Below are positions 1-9,975 of a DNA stretch of 33,889 nt, in pieces. Within the stretch, counting starts at the first letter, position 1; every line of letters starts with the position of its first letter. The stretch is from Octopus sinensis (taxonomy: Eukaryota), in assembly GCF_006345805.1 (NCBI RefSeq), contig NW_021832023.1:1-33889 (forward strand). Direction: 5' to 3'. The translations under genes and the position numbers were made by a program. Under the pieces are notes generated by a model, which worked only from the letters and a program-made list of their open reading frames with translations, made no database searches and had not been told where the DNA came from.

Positions 1-813
1 CCAGTTTGTCTCAACTTTTAAACTGGTTGCCGTAAGATACTGTCGTTGATGTTGATGCTGTTGGTGTCACGTAACTCCAGGTCAGACATGATCAAGAAGA
101 CTTATTATACTGGAAGTCGACAGGACTCTGAGGCGTGATACATATAACTATTGCTTCAGTTACACCATGCCTCTGCTCAACCGGGGATGATAATGTACAT
201 TCCAACATGCAGTTGTTTAAATGCAAGCTAGCTCTGACTAAATTATTTCGTTCATGGCATTATCGTGTGTTTTAGAAGTAAGTATAGTCATTTTCTAATA
301 TCTCTTTTCTTTATTCGACATTTTGGCTTGTTAGTCTTCGTCAGACAACATATATTAATATATATAATATATATATATATATCTATATATATATTATATA
401 TATGTATAATATATATATGTATGTATGTATGTAATGTAATTATGTTTTGTTTGTTATGTGTGTGCGTGTGTAAATATTACTAAAACTAAATAAAAGAAGT
501 TAAACATGGCGAGAGAAGTTCAAACTAATTCCATAATGGAATTGAAAACACGGGGTATTCCGCAAATAAAACTGAAGACGCGTGAGACTAAAATAAGAAT
601 TAAGAAAAAAAACAAAAGAAGCGGCAAAACAGTTTCAACAGCTTCAAGTATTGAAGGTTACAACCGTCAAAGTTTCACTAAAGCGAACTGACATCTCAAC
701 AAATTAAAATATATAACAAAAGTAAATTTTAAAATGTAACAAAGTTATAACAAGAGTTAAAATATCTTCTTGCTAAAGAACGTACAATAAGCCAAGCATA
801 GATATATTTCTCG

Positions 814-966
814 AAGCTGTGTAGTAAGATGTTTGCTTCAAAATCACATTATTCCAGGTTCAGTCCCACAGCGTGATATCTTTGGTAGGTGTCATCTATT
901 AAAACACCCTGGATGAATAAATCTTGTGAGTGAATTTAGAATCGGAAACCTAAAGAAGACCGTCAC

Positions 967-1000
<34 letters not shown>

Positions 1001-1233
1001 TTATGTTTGTGTTTGTCCTCCACCATCATCTGACAACAGGTGATGGTTTGTGTACGACCCTGTAACTTAGCGGCTCGGTAAAAAGAGAGTGACAGAATTA
1101 GTGACAGGCATAAAAACAAAAGTACTTGGGGTAGTTTATTACTGGGGGCAGTTTATTCGGCTAAGTCCTTCAAAGCGGTGCCCCAGCACGGCCGCAGTTC
1201 AAGGAATGAAACCAGTAAAAGATAAGAGATAAC
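814..1233 (+). mobile_element. Diverged tRNA-derived SINE, family A
   Basis: Degenerate but colinear match to the copies at 9976-10377 and 33229-33733: head GCTGTGTAGTAAG..GGTTCAGTCCCAC, internal (GT)n, tail GCGGTGCCCCAGCA..GAAACCAGTAAAAGA. Confidence 0.7.
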
Positions 1234-1303
1234 CTTTATAATTAAGCCGCTTACTTATTGTGGAGACACATTTGTATTTGTCAGTATATTACATAATATA
1301 TTA

Positions 1304-1516
1304 AGACGGCGAGCTGGCAGAATCGCTAACATGCCGGGTATAATGCTTAGCAGCATTTCATCCGCCCTTATGTTCTGAGTTCAAGTTCCGAGGAAGTCAT
1401 CTTTGCCTTTCATCCTTTCGGGGTCGATAAAACAAGTTCCAGCTGGGCACTAGGGTCGATTTAATCCATTTACTCCATTCACGAAATTGCTGGCCTTGGG
1501 CCAAAATTTGAAACCA
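1304..1516 (+). mobile_element. tRNA-derived SINE, family B (diverged)
   Basis: GGCGAGCTGGCAGAATCG..GAGTTCAAGTTCC..TTTGCCTTTCATCCTTTCGGGGTCGATAAA, homologous to 23096-23318 and 19682-20464. Confidence 0.8.
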
Positions 1517-1651
1517 CTATATTACAAAATATTTACAATAACAATCAAGGTTATTGTATGGGGGAGAGTTCACGAAAAAACAAAAGACGAAGACAGGTGG
1601 TGTATTAAACAAACAGATGTATTAGTATAACGCTCAGGAAATTGAAAAAGT

Positions 1652-1687
1652 CTTTTACGTTTCGAGCCTACGCTCTTCTACAGAAAG
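1652..1687 (-). ncRNA. Variant minimal hammerhead-like motif (core CUGUAGA)
   Basis: Minus strand CTTT-CTGTAGA-A-GAGC-GTAG-GCTC-GAA-ACGT-A-AAAG. Stem I, stem II, GAAAC and the palindromic stem III are present; the core has A6U. Confidence 0.45.
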
Positions 1688-1929
1688 GGACACAGAAAAA
1701 ACTAGGAGATTAACAAGGAGAGAAAAAAATGCGTGTAGTGGCTACCGATCTATCGTAAATAAAAATGTGTTTGTCTATGAATATAAATTTAAAGAGTTTC
1801 CGCTGAGGTGGGTTCAACCAATCAACAATGAGAAAGAGTCGGTCACACTTATATAGGCAGCTTATTTCTTTACGAAAATAAGAAGTTAAACAAAAATGAA
1901 AAAAAAAAGCTAGGAAGATTTTACAAAAA

Positions 1930-2372
1930 AAATCAAGGAATGATTGTGGGGGCGTGAATGATAGGATATGTAAGTGAGAGGCTGGTGGCAGTAGGGAGAG
2001 GCAGAATTATAAATTTACATAAAATGAGAAAGAAATGGAGAAGGAAAAGGAAAGAATAAAAAATAAAGTGAAAATGCAAAAAGAAAAAAAAAGAAAATAT
2101 TGAATGGAACTTGATGTGAAAGAGGTGTGATGAGAATGACAGACGAAGAAAATAAGAGATAGCGATAATTGTTAATAATAAGTGAGAAATAATGGAATGA
2201 AATTGAGAAATAGCAACATGACACAAAATAAGGAGAGATGGAAACAAAAGAATAGGGAGTGAATGAAGGATGTTGTGAAAAGAGTGTAAGAGAAAGAAGA
2301 AACGGAAAATGAGACAATGAGAAATGTCTAGAAATAGTTTGAAAAGCTGAGCAGGAGAGAAACTGTATGTGT

Positions 2373-2408
<36 letters not shown>

Positions 2409-2549
2409 GTGTGTGTGCGTATGTGTGTGTGTATGTGTGTGTGTGTGAGAGAGAGAGAGAGGGGGGTAGAACTATAAAAACAAATAAGACAAAATTAGAA
2501 CGAAAGCAGATCGAAATAAGATACACAACAGCAGACCTGCATGTAACAG

Positions 2550-2580
<31 letters not shown>

Positions 2581-2626
2581 AGAAAAGGGCAGACACAGGC
2601 ACTAACACAGAAATGGACAGACATAC

Positions 2627-2671
<45 letters not shown>

Positions 2672-2765
2672 GAAGGGGAAGAGAGAGAGAGAGAGAGAAA
2701 GAGAGAGAAAGAGAGAGAAGAAAAGGGCAGACACAGGCACTAACACAGAAATGGAGACATACAGA

Positions 2766-2808
<43 letters not shown>

Positions 2809-3350
2809 GAGGGAGAGAGAGAGGGAGAGAGCGAGAGAGAGAGAGCGCAAAGTGATAACAAAAGTAAAAGGTAGATATAGAAAATAAAAAATAAATAAAA
2901 AAATAAAATTGAAAGAAATAGGGGATGATGAAAGAAGAAATGGCAACAAAACACATGAAAGAAAGAAACCCCCCCCCCCAAAAAAAAAAACTAAGAAAGG
3001 AAGGTTATGGTAAAGAGAGAAAGACAGACTAATGGAGAAATAGACAGAGAGAGGGAAAGAAAGATAATGACGAGCATCAACTGTTAGAAAATGGAAGGAA
3101 GTGAAAAAAGCTTTATAGATGGCTTCTGTTTCTTCGGCCAGGTTCTCTGGTACAGAACAAGCAGAGAGGAAGGTGGGGGGGGTTACTGAAAGATGTCAAT
3201 AAGTACACTGCGAGACAGTTTGTTGTAGTAGTGAATGGTGTTGATAAAATAAAGATCGAGAAACAAACGGTTTGGAATAACAGGGGAGGGAAGAGGGTAG
3301 AGGGAAGAGGAAGGAGAATTGAGAAACAAGGAAAGTAAAGCGGTTGAGGT
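1930..3350. repeat. Purine-rich low-complexity tract with (GT)n and (GA)n microsatellites and a local duplication
   Basis: (GT)n at about 2366-2446 and (GA)n at about 2447-2850. The segment GAAAAGGGCAGACACAGGCACTAACACAGAAATGGA occurs twice (about 2580 and 2720). Confidence 0.85.
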
Positions 3351-3381
3351 GTGGTGAAGAGCAGATCAAAGTAATAGCAGA

Positions 3382-3421
<40 letters not shown>

Positions 3422-3496
3422 AGTAGTAGTAGTTATGTATATATATATGTGCGTGTGTGTGTATGTGTGTGTGTGTGTAAATGTATGTACATACTC

Positions 3497-3766
3497 TTTT
3501 CTCTCTTTTTACTTGTTTCAGTCATTCGACTGTGGCCATGCTGGAGCACCGCCTTTATTCGTGCAACTCGACCCCGGGACTTATTCTTTTGTAAGCCCAG
3601 TACTTATTCTATCGGTCTCTTTTGCCGAACCGCTAAGTGACGGGGACATAAACACACCAGCATCAGTTGTCAAGCAATGCTAGGGGGACAAACACAGACA
3701 CACAGACATACACGCACACACATATATATTATATATATATATATATACATATATACGACGGGCTTC
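3497..3766 (-). mobile_element. SINE family A, 3' half (5'-truncated)
   Basis: Reverse complement of the family A tail: AAGCCCGTCG..(TA/TG)n..GTCCCCTAGCATTGCTTGACAAC..GGCGGTGCTCCAGCATGGCC..GAAACAAGTAAAAAG. Confidence 0.85.
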
Positions 3767-3859
3767 ATGTATATATATATATATGTTTAACGACAGAGAT
3801 ATGGAGACAGGGAGAGAGAAAGAAACTAATGTGTGCATATATGCATACACGGTACGTAC

Positions 3860-3968
3860 ATGTGGTGGCCTTCACAAGAACTTGTATGTGTGAATAGGCG
3901 AGTATGTATGCTATTAAAAAAATATTAAGCGGACAGTTGGATGCATGCATTTTCAGATGAACCAACAT
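3860..3968 (-). CDS. Candidate first coding exon segment of a host secreted or membrane protein (signal-peptide-like); predicted exon 4086-3860
   Basis: Acceptor tttacttcttccag|G at 4087/4086. ATG at 3968 and an in-frame ATG at 3950 give MLVHLKMHASNCPLNIFLIAYILAYSHIQVLVKATT. Phase-1 donor ACAT|gtacgt at 3860/3859. There is a hydrophobic core and a V-K-A cleavage-like motif. No homology was recognised. Confidence 0.45.
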
Positions 3969-4097
3969 CGTGAGTTGCAACTAAGGTCTGCGACTCTAAC
4001 TTCCTCCTTCATTCACCAAAAAGCTGACTTCAGGACGACTGCAGAAAAAGTAGCAAATGCCTAAGTAATACTCTTCATCCCTCTACCTGGAAGAAGT

Positions 4098-4510
<413 letters not shown>

Positions 4511-5462
4511 ATAGGTACAGGGCAACGAAAAAAACACAGAGAAACGAGACATACAACATGAAGAATATTCCCCTTCTTCAGTTGTCCCTGTTTCATCTAC
4601 TCCACGTTTCGAAGGCGAGGGCAAGACGCGACTTCATTGAAACAATCCTTCCCGCAAAGCAAATTAAATATATATTTCTTGTGCGAGATTTTTTATGTGA
4701 AATCTTGTGTTGAAACAGATATTGTTGTATTTAGGAATGGTTATTTTGCCAGTTTAGCCAATAAAACACACGCACTATATATTTGGTGTTTCTTTGCTTC
4801 AGCGTTATTTATTTTTTACATTAATCTTAATCTTATTTCAGCCAGAGTTCTTTCGTCACACTCCTCTGACCGCATCAGTGGTTCTCTGCTTTCTTCTTTC
4901 TTATTTGTGTGTCTCTCCTTACTAACCGTCAGCCATTTTGTATTTCTATTGTATGTGTCTTCATTTGCGCATGCGTATATCTCTATGTGCGTCTATGTTT
5001 AGTTAGTGTGTGTGTGGGGGGTGTGGAATGCCTGTAATATTTGTATCTTCTGTTTATATACGTTCGTGTAATTTGTTTTTGTTTTTGTTTATTCTTATTT
5101 TGCTCACGTGTTTACACCCACTTATTATTATTATTATCATTATCATTATTATTATTATGTATGTATGTATGTATGTATGTATAACAACAATAATAGTAAT
5201 AATAATAAAAAATATATTTAAAAAAATGAAAAATGAAAAATAGTAAGAAAATTAAAAATTTTAAAAAATGTATATAGTTATTTACTTCCATTTGTTTATT
5301 TATCTGTGTATTTTATTTTATCATGTTTTCAGTTTTGTTTATATTGTAACCAGTTTATGGGGATCCTCTTCTGTCATATGTTACAATAGAATACATAGCC
5401 CGCGCTCTTAACCAGTACTTTGCTTATACCTAAACACTGCTTGGCGCTGATATTACGGTAAT

Positions 5463-5528
5463 ATATATCGTAGTGGTCAAGAGCGCGGCTACTAACCCCA
5501 AGATTCCGAGTTCGATTCCAGGCAGTGA

Positions 5529-5582
<54 letters not shown>

Positions 5583-5730
5583 TAACATCGAAAAATACCT
5601 TAGGAATGAGAACCCAGGTTCGAAATTTCCCCAAGACACCCGATGAAGGCTGGAGGGTATATCAGCCGAAACGTTGTGTTAACAGCAAACAAGATGAGGA
5701 CAAATATCCGTCAAATGTAAATAATGTAAA
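5463..5730 (+). mobile_element. tRNA-head/(AAT)n/hammerhead short element, copy 1
   Basis: A-box-like TAGTGGTCAAG, B box GAGTTCGATTCC, (AAT)n at 5533-5583, then a tail nearly identical to 29820-29960 that contains a hammerhead fold. Confidence 0.8.
5635..5680 (+). ncRNA. Minimal type I hammerhead motif with U4C core change
   Basis: GACAC-CCGATGA-A-GGCTG-GAGGGTATAT-CAGCC-GAA-ACGT-T-GTGTT: 5-bp stem I, 5-bp stem II and palindromic ACGU stem III. Confidence 0.65.
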
Positions 5731-5736
5731 CAATTA

Positions 5737-5779
5737 CTGTACCGATGACGCCTATTGAGACGGAAACACATATCGACAG
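5737..5779 (+). ncRNA. Decayed type I hammerhead motif (unrelated family)
   Basis: CTGTA-CCGATGA-CGCCT-ATTG-AGACG-GAAAC-ACAT-ATC-GACAG. About four substitutions separate it from a canonical fold. Confidence 0.4.
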
Positions 5780-6132
5780 CTGTCCGCTTGTCTCCAGAGA
5801 ATCAGATAGTCTTTTCTTCAATGTCATGTGAATATCTTGAAGTGCTGTATTAATGGCTGCATTCATAATACCAATGCTTTTTAGTATGCAATTTCATTTA
5901 CAGTATAAACAAACACGCACGCACAACCTACATGCTAGAAGCGAAATTTCTCGTAAAAATATCTCTCGTAGCAATTGATATTCGTAATTGCTAGCTACGT
6001 GAGGTATTCCGCTGCTTTGGTTATGTTTCATTATATAAATAATTTAGATGTTCTGCAATACGACACTCAAGAGTCATAAAGTATAATCACTAACCTTGCG
6101 TTTCTAAAAAGATTTCAATCCTACATTTCTTG

Positions 6133-6268
6133 CATGCGGGCGGGCTGGGAGGACGGACCGGGCGAGGATGCGTACGAGACGAGCGATCTATCGGCGCGGG
6201 CGCGAACGGACCTACGCAGGCATCCGTTCGTTTCGTTCGTCGTCCGCGGGCGTGCGGCCTCACCGTTG
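6133..6268 (-). promoter_or_regulatory. CpG/GC-rich patch beginning at a candidate 5' splice donor (possible promoter-proximal island)
   Basis: The most CpG-dense stretch in the window and not matched to any repeat seen here. Minus-strand donor AACG|gtgagg at 6264/6263. Confidence 0.4.
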
Positions 6269-6766
6269 TTGCTCTTCTAAATTTTTTGCATGTGTGTGTG
6301 TGTGCGCGCGCGTGTGTTCATAAATGTAATTGGAGTACGCGAGGATGAGTGTATTCCGTCATCCCACTATAATTGTACTGTGTCACACTGGTCATGCTGT
6401 TACCGTTAGTTCATCTTTCTCCATCTCATCTGATAATTTCAACGCTGTCAAGGTTGTTATATATGGTGGTTGTGTGGAAGAGTATTTTCTTTTTTTGTGT
6501 AGTGTTATGTATCTTATTGAATAGTCACAGCTAAACCTTTTCGAATAAACCTATGAACAACATCGTTTCAACTGTGACTATCCCATCTTTTGATGTATCA
6601 GAGACTACACAATTCAACGAATACAACTTGCATATGAAACAGTAGAGAGTAATTCTATCAGTTAGAGAAGAATTTAGGGGTACTTTTGTTTGCATGTTGG
6701 CTAATGTACACAAATGGCCACATACCTAGATGCACGGGGGTATGTATATGTATGTATGTATGTATG

Positions 6767-6816
<50 letters not shown>

Positions 6817-7369
6817 TGATGGCTCGGTCGGGTATAATATCTTCCAATGTTGATTGAGTTGAGAGTGGTTCTATCTCTAAAAGTACTTTTATATGTATGA
6901 ATAAAATATTGAGAGAAGTTCACTTTAGTATCTTGAATTTGAACGTCTCATTCCTGCGGATTCGGAATTTATCTTCCCTGATAATTATAATATATATATA
7001 TATATTGATGGCTCGGTCGGGTATAATATCTTCCAATGTTGATTGAGTTGAGAGTGGTTCTATCTCTAAAAGTACTTTTATATGTATGAATAAAATATTG
7101 AGAGAAGTTCACTTTAGTATCTTGAATTTGAACGTCTCATTCCTGCGGATTCGGAATTTATCTTCCCTGATAATTATAATATATATATATATATATATAT
7201 ATTGATGGCTCGGTCGGGTATAATATCTTCCAATGTTGATTGAGTTGAGAGTGGTTCTATCTCTAAAAGTACTTTTATATGTATGAATAAAATATTGAGA
7301 GAAGTTCACTTTAGTATCTTGAATTTGAACGTCTCATTCCTGCGGATTCGGAATTTATCTTCCCTGATA

Positions 7370-7377
<8 letters not shown>
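6817..7377. repeat. Three identical ~174-bp units separated by variable (TA)n
   Basis: TGATGGCTCGGTCGGG...TCTTCCCTGATAATTATA starts at 6817, 7006 and 7203 (periods 189 and 197). Confidence 0.95.
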
Positions 7378-7441
<64 letters not shown>

Positions 7442-7560
7442 TAAGGGTGAGAGAATTAGATACTAATTAATAGCATATCCATTCAACACCAAGTGGCCCA
7501 GTGCCTCGAGAAACCTGGATTATTATAATATTTTATAATATATTATAATATTTTATAGAA

Positions 7561-7856
7561 AAATAAATATAAGAGAATGGTCACTATGTGGCTCATTCTA
7601 GCACTAGAAAATCCAAAAGATTTCAACCACAAAAATACATGTTTCCTATGAAAGTCAGTACGATTGTTAGCTCACACGAACAGGGCAAATAAAAAATAAC
7701 AAAAATACAGATTATTTATTTTTGTTATTTTTTATTTGCCCTGTTCGTGTGAGCTAACAATCGTACTGACTTTCATAGGAAACATGTATTTTTGTGGTTG
7801 AAACCTTTTGGATTTTCTAGTGCTAGAATGAGCCGCATAGTGACAATTCTCTTATA

Positions 7857-7863
<7 letters not shown>
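7561..7863. repeat. Near-perfect inverted repeat (147-bp arms, 9-nt spacer); foldback/MITE-like
   Basis: 7561-7707 pairs with 7717-7863 without indels. Three non-Watson-Crick positions: 7579/7845, 7589/7835, 7620/7804. TA-rich flanks. Confidence 0.95.
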
Positions 7864-7922
<59 letters not shown>

Positions 7923-7989
7923 ATGGCAATAATTATGACGATACTGGTACATCCTCAAAATTTCTTTTCTTTTATTTTAAATTTTATAC

Positions 7990-9120
7990 AGCATAACATT
8001 TGTTAATGATTATGACGACCTACACGTGTTTCCACTGCACCGAATATAGGCAGTTACACGTGCAGCCCGGTATAACATCCTGTGCAACTTCATTCAATAT
8101 CTTTCAACCAGGTTGGCTCGAAGCGAACTGAATACAGCTAGTTGTTAGTCGGTTAGGGTTCAAGGGTAAGGGTTGTTTTGAATCTGAATCTGATCTGTTT
8201 GTAAGCTTGTGTTGTTGGTTCCACACAAGTTACTGGTCGAAGATAGGGTTCTACCTGATTAGGTCGATGTTTATATTACCGGAGAGCATTTTATTTTAGG
8301 GTGGTTCAGTTCTTTGTACTGTTCCTAGTTCTTCAGATATTTTTGTGACTGTGATATTTATGCTTGGTAGCAGAGAGGGGGAAAATATATACTAGTTAAG
8401 AAAAGTTAAGAAAAGGCCATGTATTTGGAGAGCTTAAAACATGTGCTTCAATGTTACCCATCTGTGGGTGGGTACTGAGTTATATTGAACGTGTGTTAAA
8501 TTTAAATGTTTTGGTATGTTTATGTAAGAATCTTAAGGCCTGTTCCAGCCTGCAATTAAGTAATTTGTGTTTGGATGTAAAGATTTGGTACGTATTTTCT
8601 ATACATAGCTCACATCTATTTCCTCTCGCTCGATACAGTTTACCCCTACTAATTAATTCCCACTCCGTGCTAAAGCTATGGTTCCTAGCTTTAATTAGTT
8701 TGACCAGATTAGTTTGCTTAAGCTCGTGCTGTTCATTTTATTTTTATCCCTAAATGAGTTTAAATAATCAGCTAGTCTTTTTTTGAAATTTAGTGAGCTG
8801 GTCCTTATTTAGAAGTATACCCTTAGAAGGGATTTTGCATCAATACATTAAGTTCTTCGACAAGCATCTAGAGTTTAAGGGGCATACTTTATTCCTTGCA
8901 CAGTTACAGAGGCCTTATTCTCCGCTCCTATTATCTATTGTGTTATAGTTTCTGCTACATGTCCCTACAGCCCTCATTTATATCGATCTACTATTTTTCC
9001 TAAACTTTCTATCCATAGGTGCTGGTGGGTTGCTATTTCTAGCGATTCTTTTTCGGGTAGCTCTTGTTATTATCCTGTTGTATTTCTATGAACCCAGTTC
9101 ATGAATCTAGCCATGTGTCT
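7990..9120 (-). mobile_element. Decayed Penelope-like element: GIY-YIG endonuclease region and 3' flank
   Basis: Minus-strand translation across stops and frameshifts: CNCARNKVCPLNSRCLSKNLMY*CKI ... KKRLADYLNSFRDKNKMNSTSLSKLIW ... RCELCIENTYQIFTSKHKLLNCR (coding about 8950-8490). Confidence 0.75.
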
Positions 9121-9348
9121 TCGGTTGGGGGGATCTAAGTGTACTGCCTACCATTACTATTTTATCGACTACAAGGTCGGTAAAATATGTAGTGAGGTCT
9201 ATGTAATTGATTATAGCATAGGGTGCAGTGCCTCAGTCCAGTGACTGAAACTAATAAAAGAATAAAGTAAAGAATATGTAAGCATAGAGAGAGAAATATA
9301 TATATATATATAATTATATCAAGGGAGCAAGGGCGAAAACAACCTGTC

Positions 9349-9392
<44 letters not shown>

Positions 9393-9411
9393 TATATATA
9401 GAGAGAGAGAG

Positions 9412-9442
<31 letters not shown>

Positions 9443-9443
9443 T

Positions 9444-9583
9444 AGGCACATGAGTGGGTGTGTAGCTTGCTTACCAACCACATGGTTCTGGGCTCAGTCC
9501 CACCGCGTATCAGCTTGGGCAAGTGTCTTCTAGTATAGCCACGGGCCAATCAAAGTCATGTGAGTGGATTTGGTAGACGGAAA
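9444..9583 (+). mobile_element. SINE family A, 5' half
   Basis: GTAGCTTGCTTACCAACCACATGGTTC..TTGGGCAAGTGTCTTCT..GGATTTGGTAGACGGAAAC, ending at the internal microsatellite. Confidence 0.85.
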
Positions 9584-9584
9584 C

Positions 9585-9631
<47 letters not shown>

Positions 9632-9975
9632 ATATACTGAACGCTTGTGTTTTTGTGTTTGCAAATCGAGTAAAATACTCAATACATTCAGTACAAAGTG
9701 TATGTTTCATTAAAAACTGAAACCTCTTGAATGTTAAATTCGAATTTTATGTTACTGATTATTCAAATAATAAAAGAAACGTGACAATATTCAAATAATT
9801 AAAGTAACGTGACAATATATAAGCAGTGATATTCACAAGCATATCGAAATATGATGAGTTCTTGAGATTTGATAGGTTGCTGAAAATCAGTTCGATAATT
9901 CTACACAGAACCGCCAATTCAATTATTCAATTTTGATATATGCAGAACACAAATCCAACATGCAAAAAATATTTT

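Noticed and set aside
506-691. 61-aa Lys-rich ORF with ATG
   Set aside because: It is short, derives from A-rich sequence, and has no motif or splice context.
6817-7377. CRISPR-like reading of the tandem arrays (also 19682-20417)
   Set aside because: Units are 174-184 bp, spacers are TA microsatellite or absent, there are no cas genes, and the context is eukaryotic.
8016-8070. Hammerhead in the 3' flank of the first PLE (minus strand GGAAACACGTGTAGG)
   Set aside because: GAAAC, a palindromic stem III and ACTGC/GCAGT are present, but no CUGANGA is recognisable; too decayed to call.
8845-8865. In-frame TGA in the PLE GIY-YIG region as selenocysteine
   Set aside because: The position is not a Cys site, CGA-to-TGA decay explains it, the ORF has other disruptions, and no SECIS was seen.
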